The notes below the pieces were generated by a model that was not told the DNA's origin, did not search any database, and saw nothing but the letters and a program-made list of their open reading frames with translations. A stretch of 64,000 nt of DNA from IMG/VR virus record IMGVR_UViG_3300027816_000055; one strand, written 5' to 3'. Position numbers and translations under genes: made by a program. Shown here piece after piece: positions 28,515-37,465 of this stretch (position 1 is the stretch's first letter; each line of letters starts with the position of its first letter). The DNA comes from a virus.

Positions 28515-29654
28515 TTATTTTTTTCTCTGAATAATTGTTAATCCGTTGTTATTATCAAATTTTTCTAATAATTCCCATGTGTCGCTATTATTTTGTAAAA
28601 ATTCTTGTATTGCTGGCCAAATTCCACGCCCTGATATGTTTGAAAGAGTTTCTGAGTGTTCTGATGTCAATGGTTCGTCTCTAAATGCATATGTTGTCGT
28701 GTCATGAAAAACAATATATTTATTTACTTTATTTGCATGTAATGCAAGTTCATTTTTAACTTGTTCATACGTATGCCATGTATCAAGAAACAACAAATCA
28801 GTTTGTTCAATGTCTATTTTTAGTACATCAGCTTCTACAAATGTAAAATCAAGATTATAATAAGCGGCAACGTCAAAAACATTTTGAATGTTTCCTCCCC
28901 ATCTTGAAGGATTGTGTAAATCGTAACTGATTAATTTTTTTGGAGCAGACCCTAAAAATGCCCATGTCGATTGTACTGCACGGACACCCATTTCTGTAAT
29001 ATGACTACACTCGGATGCGTATTTTATGAGAGTTGGAATATGTTCGTTGATGTCAGATGGAGTCGAATAAATCGTATTAATTATATTTTCTAAATTATAC
29101 ATAGTTTTGTTTTTTATGTTATCTATAGTTTTAAATAGCAAGCTAAAATTATTAGAGCACAATAATGGTGATATTTCATCCACATATTTTTCTTCCAATT
29201 CCCACCATTTGTATTTTAATAATTTATCAATTATATCTTTTTCAAATCTGTACTTTATTAGTTTGGCAGGATTTCCACCAACAACTGTATATGGTGGAAC
29301 ATCTTTAGTTACTACCGAATTACATGCGATACATGCGCCATCTCCAATTGTAACTCCACTCATAATTGTTACATGAGTTCCTATCCAAACATCGTTGCCT
29401 ATCTTTACATTTCCTTTGGTACTCGGATGTCCTTGTCCGTTATACTTTTTAAATGTATCAGTAGCTACATGTCCAAATGGATATGTAGTAGCCCAATCGA
29501 TTCGATGATTTCCTCCTAAATATACTAAAATATGCCCTGAGATTGAACAATAATCGCCTATATCAAGCCATGTATTTTCTCCCCAATAATAAATTTCAAT
29601 ATTTTGATGTCCGTATGTGTGTTTTCCCACACTTCTAATACGATGTGTATTCAT
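28515..29654 (-). CDS. Fusion: hexapeptide (CatB/Vat-like) acetyltransferase + class I SAM methyltransferase
   Basis: N-term 'IGDYCSIS', 'IGNDVWIG', '[14 protein letters not shown]'; C-term 'ITEMGVR', 'DLLFLDTWH', 'IVFHDT', 'NNGLTII'. Confidence 0.8.
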   Translation of the reverse strand: MNTHRIRSVGKHTYGHQNIEIYYWGENTWLDIGDYCSISGHILVYLGGNHRIDWATTYPFGHVATDTFKKYNGQGHPSTKGNVKIGNDVWIGTHVTIMSGVTIGDGACIACNSVVTKDVPPYTVVGGNPAKLIKYRFEKDIIDKLLKYKWWELEEKYVDEISPLLCSNNFSLLFKTIDNIKNKTMYNLENIINTIYSTPSDINEHIPTLIKYASECSHITEMGVRAVQSTWAFLGSAPKKLISYDLHNPSRWGGNIQNVFDVAAYYNLDFTFVEADVLKIDIEQTDLLFLDTWHTYEQVKNELALHANKVNKYIVFHDTTTYAFRDEPLTSEHSETLSNISGRGIWPAIQEFLQNNSDTWELLEKFDNNNGLTIIQRKK

Positions 29655-30595
29655 AAAATTTTATTTTGTTTTGCATAAGATACCCAACGTGTTAAATACT
29701 CGCCGATATTCTTTTCAATTTCAGCACGTTGTTTATTAGCATCTATTTTTGTTTTAATAAATTTTTTATAAGACGTTTTTAATTTGCCATATCCACCGTA
29801 TTCAATGTCATTTTTTAATACTCCGGTGTCGTAAAACCATATCAATTGATTTTCTAATAAATATTCGCATACATTTACACCGTTGTCTTTTGCATATTGA
29901 CATACATGTAATGAGTATAAATCCCATGGTCCGTATCCATGCCATTCATCCAAAATAGGCACAAACTTTTCAATAAAATTTTTGTTATATAAATCAAACC
30001 ATCCTGCAAATTTAAAATTATTTAATTTTCTGATTGCAGGTTCTGCCGTTAAATTTACAAACTGATGTTCTATTTCGTGTATGTCAATATCTATACATTT
30101 GGATGTTGGTATTGTATTTAAAAACGCCGGATGTACTAATTCATCCCAGCTATTATCCCAGCATTTAAATATCTGTGGAGTAATCAAATAATAATCATCA
30201 GTAATTGTTTTTGCAGCAGCTATCAAATAAAAAATCAAATGTTCATGAAAACTAATATCTGGACAAATATAAACGTATGCGTCTATATGAGATTCAATGG
30301 CTTCTTTTTGTAAATCAAGATGGCCATATACAGCATTCCCATCATAAATTTTAGATCTAATTGTTGTTTTAGTTTTTAACATTTCAATGATTACATTGTA
30401 TTTTTCTATAAAAAAATCTTTTTTTAATATTGAACTGTCCCAGTCTATAATACTAGAAGACAAATTTAATACCATATCTATGTAAATATGGTCTGTATTT
30501 TCTATGTAATAGAGGCTTTTTTTTAATTTATCAGCAAGTAATAGAGCATGATCAATTTCCCAAGGCATGAAATGTGTAATAATTTTAATATTCAT
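29651..30595 (-). CDS. Putative glycosyltransferase-like protein
   Basis: 314 aa; '[10 protein letters not shown]'; coupled within the sugar operon. Confidence 0.4.
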   Translation of the reverse strand: MNIKIITHFMPWEIDHALLLADKLKKSLYYIENTDHIYIDMVLNLSSSIIDWDSSILKKDFFIEKYNVIIEMLKTKTTIRSKIYDGNAVYGHLDLQKEAIESHIDAYVYICPDISFHEHLIFYLIAAAKTITDDYYLITPQIFKCWDNSWDELVHPAFLNTIPTSKCIDIDIHEIEHQFVNLTAEPAIRKLNNFKFAGWFDLYNKNFIEKFVPILDEWHGYGPWDLYSLHVCQYAKDNGVNVCEYLLENQLIWFYDTGVLKNDIEYGGYGKLKTSYKKFIKTKIDANKQRAEIEKNIGEYLTRWVSYAKQNKIL

Positions 30596-31412
30596 ATAAT
30601 TTTGTATAACAATTATTTATTCCATTAAATAACCCAGTCAATTGCAAATTTAAAGATTTTAGTTTTGTTCCGTCGCCTGTATAAGATAAATCCATGCCTG
30701 TATTCAACACATTAATTTTAATTTTTTTACCTGACAAGTTATTAATATAAGTTGCTAATTCAGATAATTTGTATTTATTTTCATATACCATATTAATGTC
30801 ATTTGTATAAATTGACTGATTTAATATAAATTCGACGATTTTTGATAAATCGTCTGTGTAAATAAAATCCATATATCTATCTTTATGGATAATCATTTCC
30901 GTATTATTAATATATGCATTGATGTTATTTTTTATGAATCTTGATTGAAGTTCATTATAATTAAAACAGCCAAATAATCTTAAATTTGTTCCATTATTTT
31001 GAAGTACGCTTTTTGCTATAATGTTTTTTGAAAGTCCATAAAAGTCAGTCGGCACATTACTAAACAGTTGCTCTTCATTATATTGATTAATATCATTGCG
31101 GCGATCAAATTCAGCACCCGATGCAATATTAATAAAATGTTTTACCCTATATCTAAAATGAATAAGATTTTCATACATCAATAAATTGTTATAAAACACT
31201 GAGGCGGGATCGACTGCTGTTCGATTGCCTCCTTCTATTGCACAATGAATTATACTGTCAATTTTATTTTCATTTAGATATTTTTCAATACTAGAAATTG
31301 AATACAAATCAATTGTTTGTCTAGTTCCTCTAAAAAAACAAAATTTGTTGGATAGCATATTTATTATATTCGATCCAACAAATCCGTTAGCTCCTGTTAT
31401 TAAAACATTCAT
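30585..31412 (-). CDS. NAD-dependent sugar epimerase/reductase (extended SDR)
   Basis: 'VLITGANGFVGS', 'INIASGAE', 'YGLSK', 'LRLFG'. Confidence 0.85.
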   Translation of the reverse strand: MNVLITGANGFVGSNIINMLSNKFCFFRGTRQTIDLYSISSIEKYLNENKIDSIIHCAIEGGNRTAVDPASVFYNNLLMYENLIHFRYRVKHFINIASGAEFDRRNDINQYNEEQLFSNVPTDFYGLSKNIIAKSVLQNNGTNLRLFGCFNYNELQSRFIKNNINAYINNTEMIIHKDRYMDFIYTDDLSKIVEFILNQSIYTNDINMVYENKYKLSELATYINNLSGKKIKINVLNTGMDLSYTGDGTKLKSLNLQLTGLFNGINNCYTKLYEY

Positions 31413-32338
31413 TCAGTCCAATAAAGTGATTTTTTTATCGATGCTAATTCTTCTAGTTTAATAGGATAAATATATTCTTCGGATGGATATACTTTTCCCT
31501 TTACCTCGTTATAGTAATTTTTCAAGGCAATTTGCATTAGTCGCAATACACCATCATTGCGTGTATCGATTCCATATTTCTTGACATTTTGTTGAGTTGC
31601 TAATTCTGTTTGTAAAGTATTTAATGCTTCTGGTATATAGCATTTTGCAAACCATGGTCTAAAATTTGGATAGAATCCGGCCAAATCATGCATAATAATT
31701 AATTGACCATCTACATTTTTACCAGCACCAATTCCCATAACTGGAATTTTTAACTTTTTAGCAATTTGTTGTGCAACTGCATCTGGAACAGCTTCTAATA
31801 ATAACATAGAACATCCAGCTTTTTCAATTTCTATACTATCTTCCATCATTTCTTCAAAGCTTTCCACTGTTTTTCCTTGAACTCGGTATCCTCCAAACGA
31901 CACTGTACTTTGAGGAGTTAATCCTAAATGTCCGATAACAAGAATTCCTGCATCAACAATTGCTTTAATTTTATCAGCAACACGTTTTCCGCCTTCCAAT
32001 TTGATTGCATCACATGTGGCTTCTTTTGCAAATCGGATCGCATTTTTTACAGCTTCTTCTTTTGAAATTTCATATGCTCCCTGTGGCATGTCTCCGACAA
32101 TAAATGTATTTGGAGCACCGCGACGAACTGCTTTAGCAAAACTAATCATTTCATCCATAGTTACTGGATTAGTTGTTTGATAACCCAATTCTACCATTCC
32201 ACCAGAGTCTCCAACCAATATCATTTCGATACCAGCATTTTCAACTGCATTTGCAAATGGATAGCTATAGGCAGTAACCCATGTAATAGGTTCACCTGCT
32301 TGTTTCATTTTGTTAAAATTAATAATTGATTTTTTCAT
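31409..32338 (-). CDS. panB: Ketopantoate (3-methyl-2-oxobutanoate) hydroxymethyltransferase
   Basis: 'VTAYSY', 'LVGDS', 'VGDMP', 'IKLEGG', 'GHLGLTPQS', 'LLEAVP', 'GIGAG..DGQ..HD'. Confidence 0.92.
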   Translation of the reverse strand: MKKSIINFNKMKQAGEPITWVTAYSYPFANAVENAGIEMILVGDSGGMVELGYQTTNPVTMDEMISFAKAVRRGAPNTFIVGDMPQGAYEISKEEAVKNAIRFAKEATCDAIKLEGGKRVADKIKAIVDAGILVIGHLGLTPQSTVSFGGYRVQGKTVESFEEMMEDSIEIEKAGCSMLLLEAVPDAVAQQIAKKLKIPVMGIGAGKNVDGQLIIMHDLAGFYPNFRPWFAKCYIPEALNTLQTELATQQNVKKYGIDTRNDGVLRLMQIALKNYYNEVKGKVYPSEEYIYPIKLEELASIKKSLYWTE

Positions 32339-33090
32339 AAATATTTTTCAGCTTTTAGTTCTTCATCTGACAAAAACGGATACATATCGTCCAATCCACA
32401 TTGTATTGATTGTCCTGTATTTTTATCTTTCTTAAGCATTAATGTAGGCACAATTTCTTGCTCTTCTTTACATATTACCTCGCATATAATGCCTGTTTTT
32501 TTATTTAAGATATTTTTTAAATTTTTTTTCAATTCTTGATTTGAAGTAATTTTACTATACTCCATTTCATATGTTTCTGCAACATTTTTTAATTCAGGAA
32601 ACCATAATCCGTGATTGCTATCAGTACCATATACACGCCCTTCATAAAACTTTTTCTGTGTGTTTTTGATGCTTAAATAACCGCTATTATTCCAGACAAA
32701 TATTTTGATCGGCAAATTTAAATATTTAATTGTGGCTAATTCTTGTATATTGGTATTGAAACTTCCATCTCCAGTAATCACTACAACGTTTTTTGTAGGA
32801 TCTGCTAACTTTACTCCGATAGATGCTGGTAATGCAAATCCCATATCTGCCTGTGCGCCAGATAATACAAATATCTGATTATCAATCATTTTTAAATTTT
32901 GACTAGGCACATAAATTGCACTTCCCGCATCGGACACAATTGTATCAGACGCCGACATGACATCATTTAATGTTTCAATAAAGGTATACAAATTTATACC
33001 ATTTGTATCGTCTTTATAAGATTCTTCGTAAATAGGCCATTTATTTTTCCAATATTTACATTTTTCTATCCATTTTTCTTTATTTGTCAT
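32335..33090 (-). CDS. TPP-dependent enzyme (AHAS/YerE-like), C-terminal PP domain
   Basis: 'VSDAGS', 'MGFALPASIG', TPP motif 'GDGSFNTNIQEL...VWNN', 'YLSI'. Confidence 0.88.
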   Translation of the reverse strand: MTNKEKWIEKCKYWKNKWPIYEESYKDDTNGINLYTFIETLNDVMSASDTIVSDAGSAIYVPSQNLKMIDNQIFVLSGAQADMGFALPASIGVKLADPTKNVVVITGDGSFNTNIQELATIKYLNLPIKIFVWNNSGYLSIKNTQKKFYEGRVYGTDSNHGLWFPELKNVAETYEMEYSKITSNQELKKNLKNILNKKTGIICEVICKEEQEIVPTLMLKKDKNTGQSIQCGLDDMYPFLSDEELKAEKYL

Positions 33091-34096
33091 AGTTTAAAAA
33101 ATAATTTAAATCGGCATTAATATACTTATCAATTTTTATTGTGTTCTTTCTGTGTTCGTTATCATCAATATCGACCATGATTTTATATGAATGTGGGGAA
33201 AATAATTTTTCATCATATCCAGTGTGAGAGCAATTAAGAGAGCATCCTAAAATAAGCAATAAATTACAATTTTGTATTGCAAAATTACCTGCTCGGCTGC
33301 CTTTAATACCGATTGTTCCTAAATGTAATGGATGTCTATGACCTAAAATATCAATTCCCAAATATGAAGTAACTGTAGGAATTTGATGCTTTTCTACGAA
33401 ACGTTTAAATAATTGTTTAGAATTGCTTAATGTTATACCATATCCTGCTAAAATAAGTGGACGATCATACGATTCAATTATTGGAAGTAAATTTTTTATG
33501 GTAATTGACGAGTTGTTCAATGTTGACTCTGGTATAAATGATTTGCATTGTGTTATGTCAATTTCCGCGTGTTGAATATCGCTCGGTATATCTAACCACA
33601 CTGGTCCCATACGTCCCGATAAAGCGATATGAATAGCTTTATCTAATTCGTATGGAACATCAGTTGCATTTTCAACCATTATTGCATATTTTGTCAATGA
33701 CTTGACTGTATCAATGATATTATGTTCTTGAATTCCATATTTTCTAATAGATACGTTTTTTTCTCTGTTAATAAATAAACTAGTTTGTGTTTTTTTAACA
33801 TTTCCAGATAAAAATAAAACGGGTAAGCTATCTTGCCATGCATCCAACAATGATGTAATACAATTGGTTCCACCACATCCGGTTGTAGGATTAACTACTG
33901 ATAATTTGTTTGTTACTTTACTCTCACCAACGGCAGCATGTCCTGCTCCTTGTTCATTATGAAAACAAATATAACTTATTTGTTTTTCTTTAATAAATCC
34001 GTCATTAAGCCCTGCTGCTCCACCACCCATTAATCCATATACGTATTTAATTCCAATTTTTGCCAAACGTTGTGCTATATAGTCTGATACTCTCAT
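33080..34096 (-). CDS. TPP-dependent enzyme (AHAS/YerE-like), N-terminal PYR + middle domain
   Basis: 'VYGLMGG', 'HNEQGAGHAA', 'TTGCGGTN', 'GPVWLDIPSD', 'RPLILAG'. Confidence 0.88.
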   Translation of the reverse strand: MRVSDYIAQRLAKIGIKYVYGLMGGGAAGLNDGFIKEKQISYICFHNEQGAGHAAVGESKVTNKLSVVNPTTGCGGTNCITSLLDAWQDSLPVLFLSGNVKKTQTSLFINREKNVSIRKYGIQEHNIIDTVKSLTKYAIMVENATDVPYELDKAIHIALSGRMGPVWLDIPSDIQHAEIDITQCKSFIPESTLNNSSITIKNLLPIIESYDRPLILAGYGITLSNSKQLFKRFVEKHQIPTVTSYLGIDILGHRHPLHLGTIGIKGSRAGNFAIQNCNLLLILGCSLNCSHTGYDEKLFSPHSYKIMVDIDDNEHRKNTIKIDKYINADLNYFLNYDK

Positions 34097-34105
34097 AAAT
34101 TATAA

Positions 34106-35065
34106 TTACCAAATAAAATTATTTCTATAATAAGATACAATATCTTTTATTTCTACATCAAAATTACATTTTGGTGTCCATCCTAAATTACGTAATTTAA
34201 AATCATTTAACGCGTATCTTACATCCTGACCTGCGCGATGAAAACAAAAATCGATGTATTCCTCTTTATAATTAGGTTGAAATTCTTGAAAATACGCAGT
34301 TATAATTTTTTCAACCGTTATTATATTAGATTGTTCAAATCCACCAGCAATATTATAAATTTCATTTTTTACACCAGCGTCTATGATTGTAATAATACCG
34401 TCTGCTGTATCTTTTGCATGTAACCAATTACGAATTGGTGTTCCATTATTATGCAAAGGAATTTTTCTATTAAGCTTTAAAAACTTACATGTCTTCGGAA
34501 TCAATTTTTCAACATATTGACCGATACCATAATTATTCGTAGGTCTTACAATAACATATGGAATTCCATATGTTCGTGCCCATGCTATTATTAATTGGTC
34601 AGCCGCTGCTTTTGTAGCACTATATGGATTGCTCGGTTTTAAAATATCTGTTTCAATATGTTCTCCATCAACAATATCTCCATATACTTCATCTGTGCTG
34701 AATTGAATTAATGTAGGAGTAATATGACCAGTACTTTTATAGTGCTTTAACAATTCGAGAATATTATATACTCCATCAATATTTGAATGAATGAAATCGT
34801 CGCTTTTACGTATTGAATTATCAACGTGCGTTTCTGCGGCAACATTAATAAAATAATCACAGTCAATTAGACGATCTATATTACAGATATCTTGTTTTTC
34901 AAAATGAAAACGGTCTGTTGATTCGAATTCTTTAATTAAATTTGGATCAGCTGCATATGTAATTTTATCAATTCCTTTTACATACCATCCTTTATTTAAA
35001 CATGCACGGGTTACATATGAACCGATAAATCCTAAACATCCTGTTATATAAACTATTTTAGACAT
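34106..35065 (-). CDS. rfbB: NDP-glucose 4,6-dehydratase (RmlB/RfbB type)
   Basis: 'ITGCLGFIGS', 'DKITYA', 'AAETHVDNSI', 'STDEVYG', 'YSATKAA', 'RNWLH'; start at ATG 35065. Confidence 0.9.
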   Translation of the reverse strand: MSKIVYITGCLGFIGSYVTRACLNKGWYVKGIDKITYAADPNLIKEFESTDRFHFEKQDICNIDRLIDCDYFINVAAETHVDNSIRKSDDFIHSNIDGVYNILELLKHYKSTGHITPTLIQFSTDEVYGDIVDGEHIETDILKPSNPYSATKAAADQLIIAWARTYGIPYVIVRPTNNYGIGQYVEKLIPKTCKFLKLNRKIPLHNNGTPIRNWLHAKDTADGIITIIDAGVKNEIYNIAGGFEQSNIITVEKIITAYFQEFQPNYKEEYIDFCFHRAGQDVRYALNDFKLRNLGWTPKCNFDVEIKDIVSYYRNNFIW

Positions 35066-35066
35066 A

Positions 35067-36383
35067 TTATATTGTTTTAAAAAATTTTTCAATAATCGTT
35101 TGAATATACATAATTTGTTCAGACGATATTACTGGACTTGTTCCTAAAAAGAAACTATCCGTCGTGACTTTTCTAGCATTAGGATATTTGTTAATAACAT
35201 CCTGTTTATCCATAATTCCAGAATAAGCTGGTTGTAGCATAATATTACCCGCAAAATATGGGCGGGTTTGAATTTTGTTATCTTCCAAATAATTAATAAT
35301 ATCTTTTCTTTTAAAATTATTATTGTTTTTAATTGTCAATGGAAATGCAAACCAACTAGGATCTGCATGTTCTGTTGCTTTTGGTAGAATGAAAAACTCT
35401 TCGTATGGTTTGAATATATCAAACAATTGTTTAAAGTTTGATTTACGTCTAGCATGTATTTCCGGCAGCTTTTTAATTTGTTCTAAACCAATTGATGCTT
35501 GTAATTCAATTGGCTTTAAATTATATCCAATTTCGTCATACACATATTTGTGATCAAATATTTCATCTGGTAATTCTGGTAGCCAATTACTAAATCGATT
35601 TCCACAGCTTCCGTTTTTTAGTTTATTTGCTTTTAAGCCCACACAATAACATCCGCGACCCCATTCACGAAAACTACGTGTAACTATTTCTTGTATTTTT
35701 GTATTACATGCTACAAATCCACCTTCACCCATCGTCATGTGATGCGCTGGATAAAAACTACAACTAGCTAACTCACCGAAACTGCCAAGTGGCTTGTTAT
35801 TATATGTTGATCCAAGTGCATCGCAACAATCCTCTAACAAAATTAAATTATATTGTTTTATGATTTCCATCAATCGATTCATGTTCGGCGGATTACCTAA
35901 AACGTGTGCAAATGTTATAACTTTTGCGCCTTTTTTTGCTTGTTCTTCTACTTGATCAAGATTTAAATTTAATGTGTCCAAGTCAATATCAACAAATAAA
36001 GGTTCGAATCCAACTTGAAAAATTGGATTTAATGTTGTAGGAAACCCAGCAATTGGGGTAATTACTTTTGTTCCTTTTGGTAAATTGTATAATCTTTTTG
36101 ATGTCATTGCTAACATCATCAATAAATTAGAACTACTTCCACTATTTGTTAATATTCCATATTCTTTACCTACTAATAATGGAAATTTATTTTCAAATGT
36201 GATTGCATCTTGCCCTAATACTAACCATTCATTCAACAATGAATTAATTGCAGCAATATATTCTTTCTCGTCGAAAAATGGTCCTGCATATTGCACCCAA
36301 TCTTTACCAGCTTCCCATTTTTTAGATGCGTGTTTTTCATTAATATATTCTTTAATTTTATTTAAAATTTCTATCATTTCCAT
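35067..36383 (-). CDS. rfbH: NDP-4-keto-6-deoxyglucose 3-dehydrase (E1; DdhC/RfbH/AscC family)
   Basis: 'NSGSSSNL', 'EDCCDALG', 'SFYPAHHMTMGEGG' (His in place of the aminotransferase Lys), 'WGRGCYC', 'YFAGN'; start at 36383 or 36377. Confidence 0.9.
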   Translation of the reverse strand: MEMIEILNKIKEYINEKHASKKWEAGKDWVQYAGPFFDEKEYIAAINSLLNEWLVLGQDAITFENKFPLLVGKEYGILTNSGSSSNLLMMLAMTSKRLYNLPKGTKVITPIAGFPTTLNPIFQVGFEPLFVDIDLDTLNLNLDQVEEQAKKGAKVITFAHVLGNPPNMNRLMEIIKQYNLILLEDCCDALGSTYNNKPLGSFGELASCSFYPAHHMTMGEGGFVACNTKIQEIVTRSFREWGRGCYCVGLKANKLKNGSCGNRFSNWLPELPDEIFDHKYVYDEIGYNLKPIELQASIGLEQIKKLPEIHARRKSNFKQLFDIFKPYEEFFILPKATEHADPSWFAFPLTIKNNNNFKRKDIINYLEDNKIQTRPYFAGNIMLQPAYSGIMDKQDVINKYPNARKVTTDSFFLGTSPVISSEQIMYIQTIIEKFFKTI

Positions 36384-36412
36384 AATATAATACGTTAGAT
36401 TCAATATGTCAA
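36384..36412 (-). promoter_or_regulatory. Internal sigma70-type promoter heading the rfbH sub-operon
   Basis: Minus strand TTGACA(36412-36407)-17 nt-TATATT(36389-36384); second ATG at 36377 is 6 nt downstream. Confidence 0.6.
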
Positions 36413-36421
36413 TCTATAAAT

Positions 36422-37465
36422 TTATATCGTATTTTTTATATTTTCAATCATATATTCAATTTCATTTATTTTCCAAGGATAATTATTATCGTCTGTTTGT
36501 TTTTCACTTGATATAATCTCTCCGAAATCTTCAATTGTTACGAGATTTGATTTGCTTAATGAAGCAAATTCTTTACATTTTGGAGTAAGCCACCAATTCA
36601 TTTTTGGATGTTCTATCAAATAATGTGTTGTATGCTTACTTGAAAATAGAATACCGATCACGGATGCACTTGATTGTTGTACTATTGTTTTATATGATTT
36701 AAAAATTTGAATTTTTTGTGCCATATTAAAATCCATTAACTCAATAATATCATAATTGTTACGTTTAAAGCCATCGATAAGATCAAGTTCATTTATTAAT
36801 ATTCTATTATGATACCATCCACGTTTAATAGTATCCTGTCTTGAAATATACACAGATTTATTTAAATAATTTTCATTAATTGGAATATTATCTATAACCT
36901 TTCTCATCATTTTATAAATAATATTATATCCAAATGGTTGTGGAAAATTATAAAATGAATTTGGTACTATTAAATTTTTAAATTTATATCGTTTATCATG
37001 GTCGATAACATAAATATTAATATTTGGATAATACAATTGCATCCACTCTTTTATAAAAGTTGCGCGGCCTGTATTATGATATAACTCAGCGGGAATGTAT
37101 AATTTAATATTCGTCTGTTTTATCAATTCATCGTAATAATGACATTTACCAAAAAAACAAAAGAAAAAATGAATATAATTTAGTCCAGCAGGATCTTGTA
37201 ATAAAAACGACGGTTCATCAACTAACACGTCATAGGATTCATTACTATTAACAATATTGTTGTCATATAGTAATCTATGATCACCAATCATTTGTGTATG
37301 TTTGTCGATGCCACCTATTACTTTCTTGTGATTATGAAATACTTCTAAATTACAGTCCTCACCTCTCGGGTGCAAAATATAAATATTCTTATATTCAATG
37401 CAAAACTCACGGTTTTTGTTTATAGTTGATTCGGGAATATCGAAAAAAAGAATACGTGAACTCAT
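36422..37465 (-). CDS. Glycosyltransferase family 61 (DUF563-like)
   Basis: 'VYISRQD...RILINE...QKIQIFKS..TIV..S.A' pattern. Confidence 0.65.
   Translation of the reverse strand: MSSRILFFDIPESTINKNREFCIEYKNIYILHPRGEDCNLEVFHNHKKVIGGIDKHTQMIGDHRLLYDNNIVNSNESYDVLVDEPSFLLQDPAGLNYIHFFFCFFGKCHYYDELIKQTNIKLYIPAELYHNTGRATFIKEWMQLYYPNINIYVIDHDKRYKFKNLIVPNSFYNFPQPFGYNIIYKMMRKVIDNIPINENYLNKSVYISRQDTIKRGWYHNRILINELDLIDGFKRNNYDIIELMDFNMAQKIQIFKSYKTIVQQSSASVIGILFSSKHTTHYLIEHPKMNWWLTPKCKEFASLSKSNLVTIEDFGEIISSEKQTDDNNYPWKINEIEYMIENIKNTI

Noticed and set aside
28515-29654. CatB/Vat-like domain as an antibiotic-resistance gene
   Set aside because: Hexapeptide acetyltransferases are common sugar O/N-acetyltransferases; here it is fused to a methyltransferase inside a glycan operon.
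33092-33098. T TTA AAC slippery heptamer (minus strand) at the junction of the two TPP-enzyme ORFs
   Set aside because: A -1 shift reads TTT AAA CTA TGA (stop); the second ORF is in the +1 frame, so this site cannot fuse the halves.
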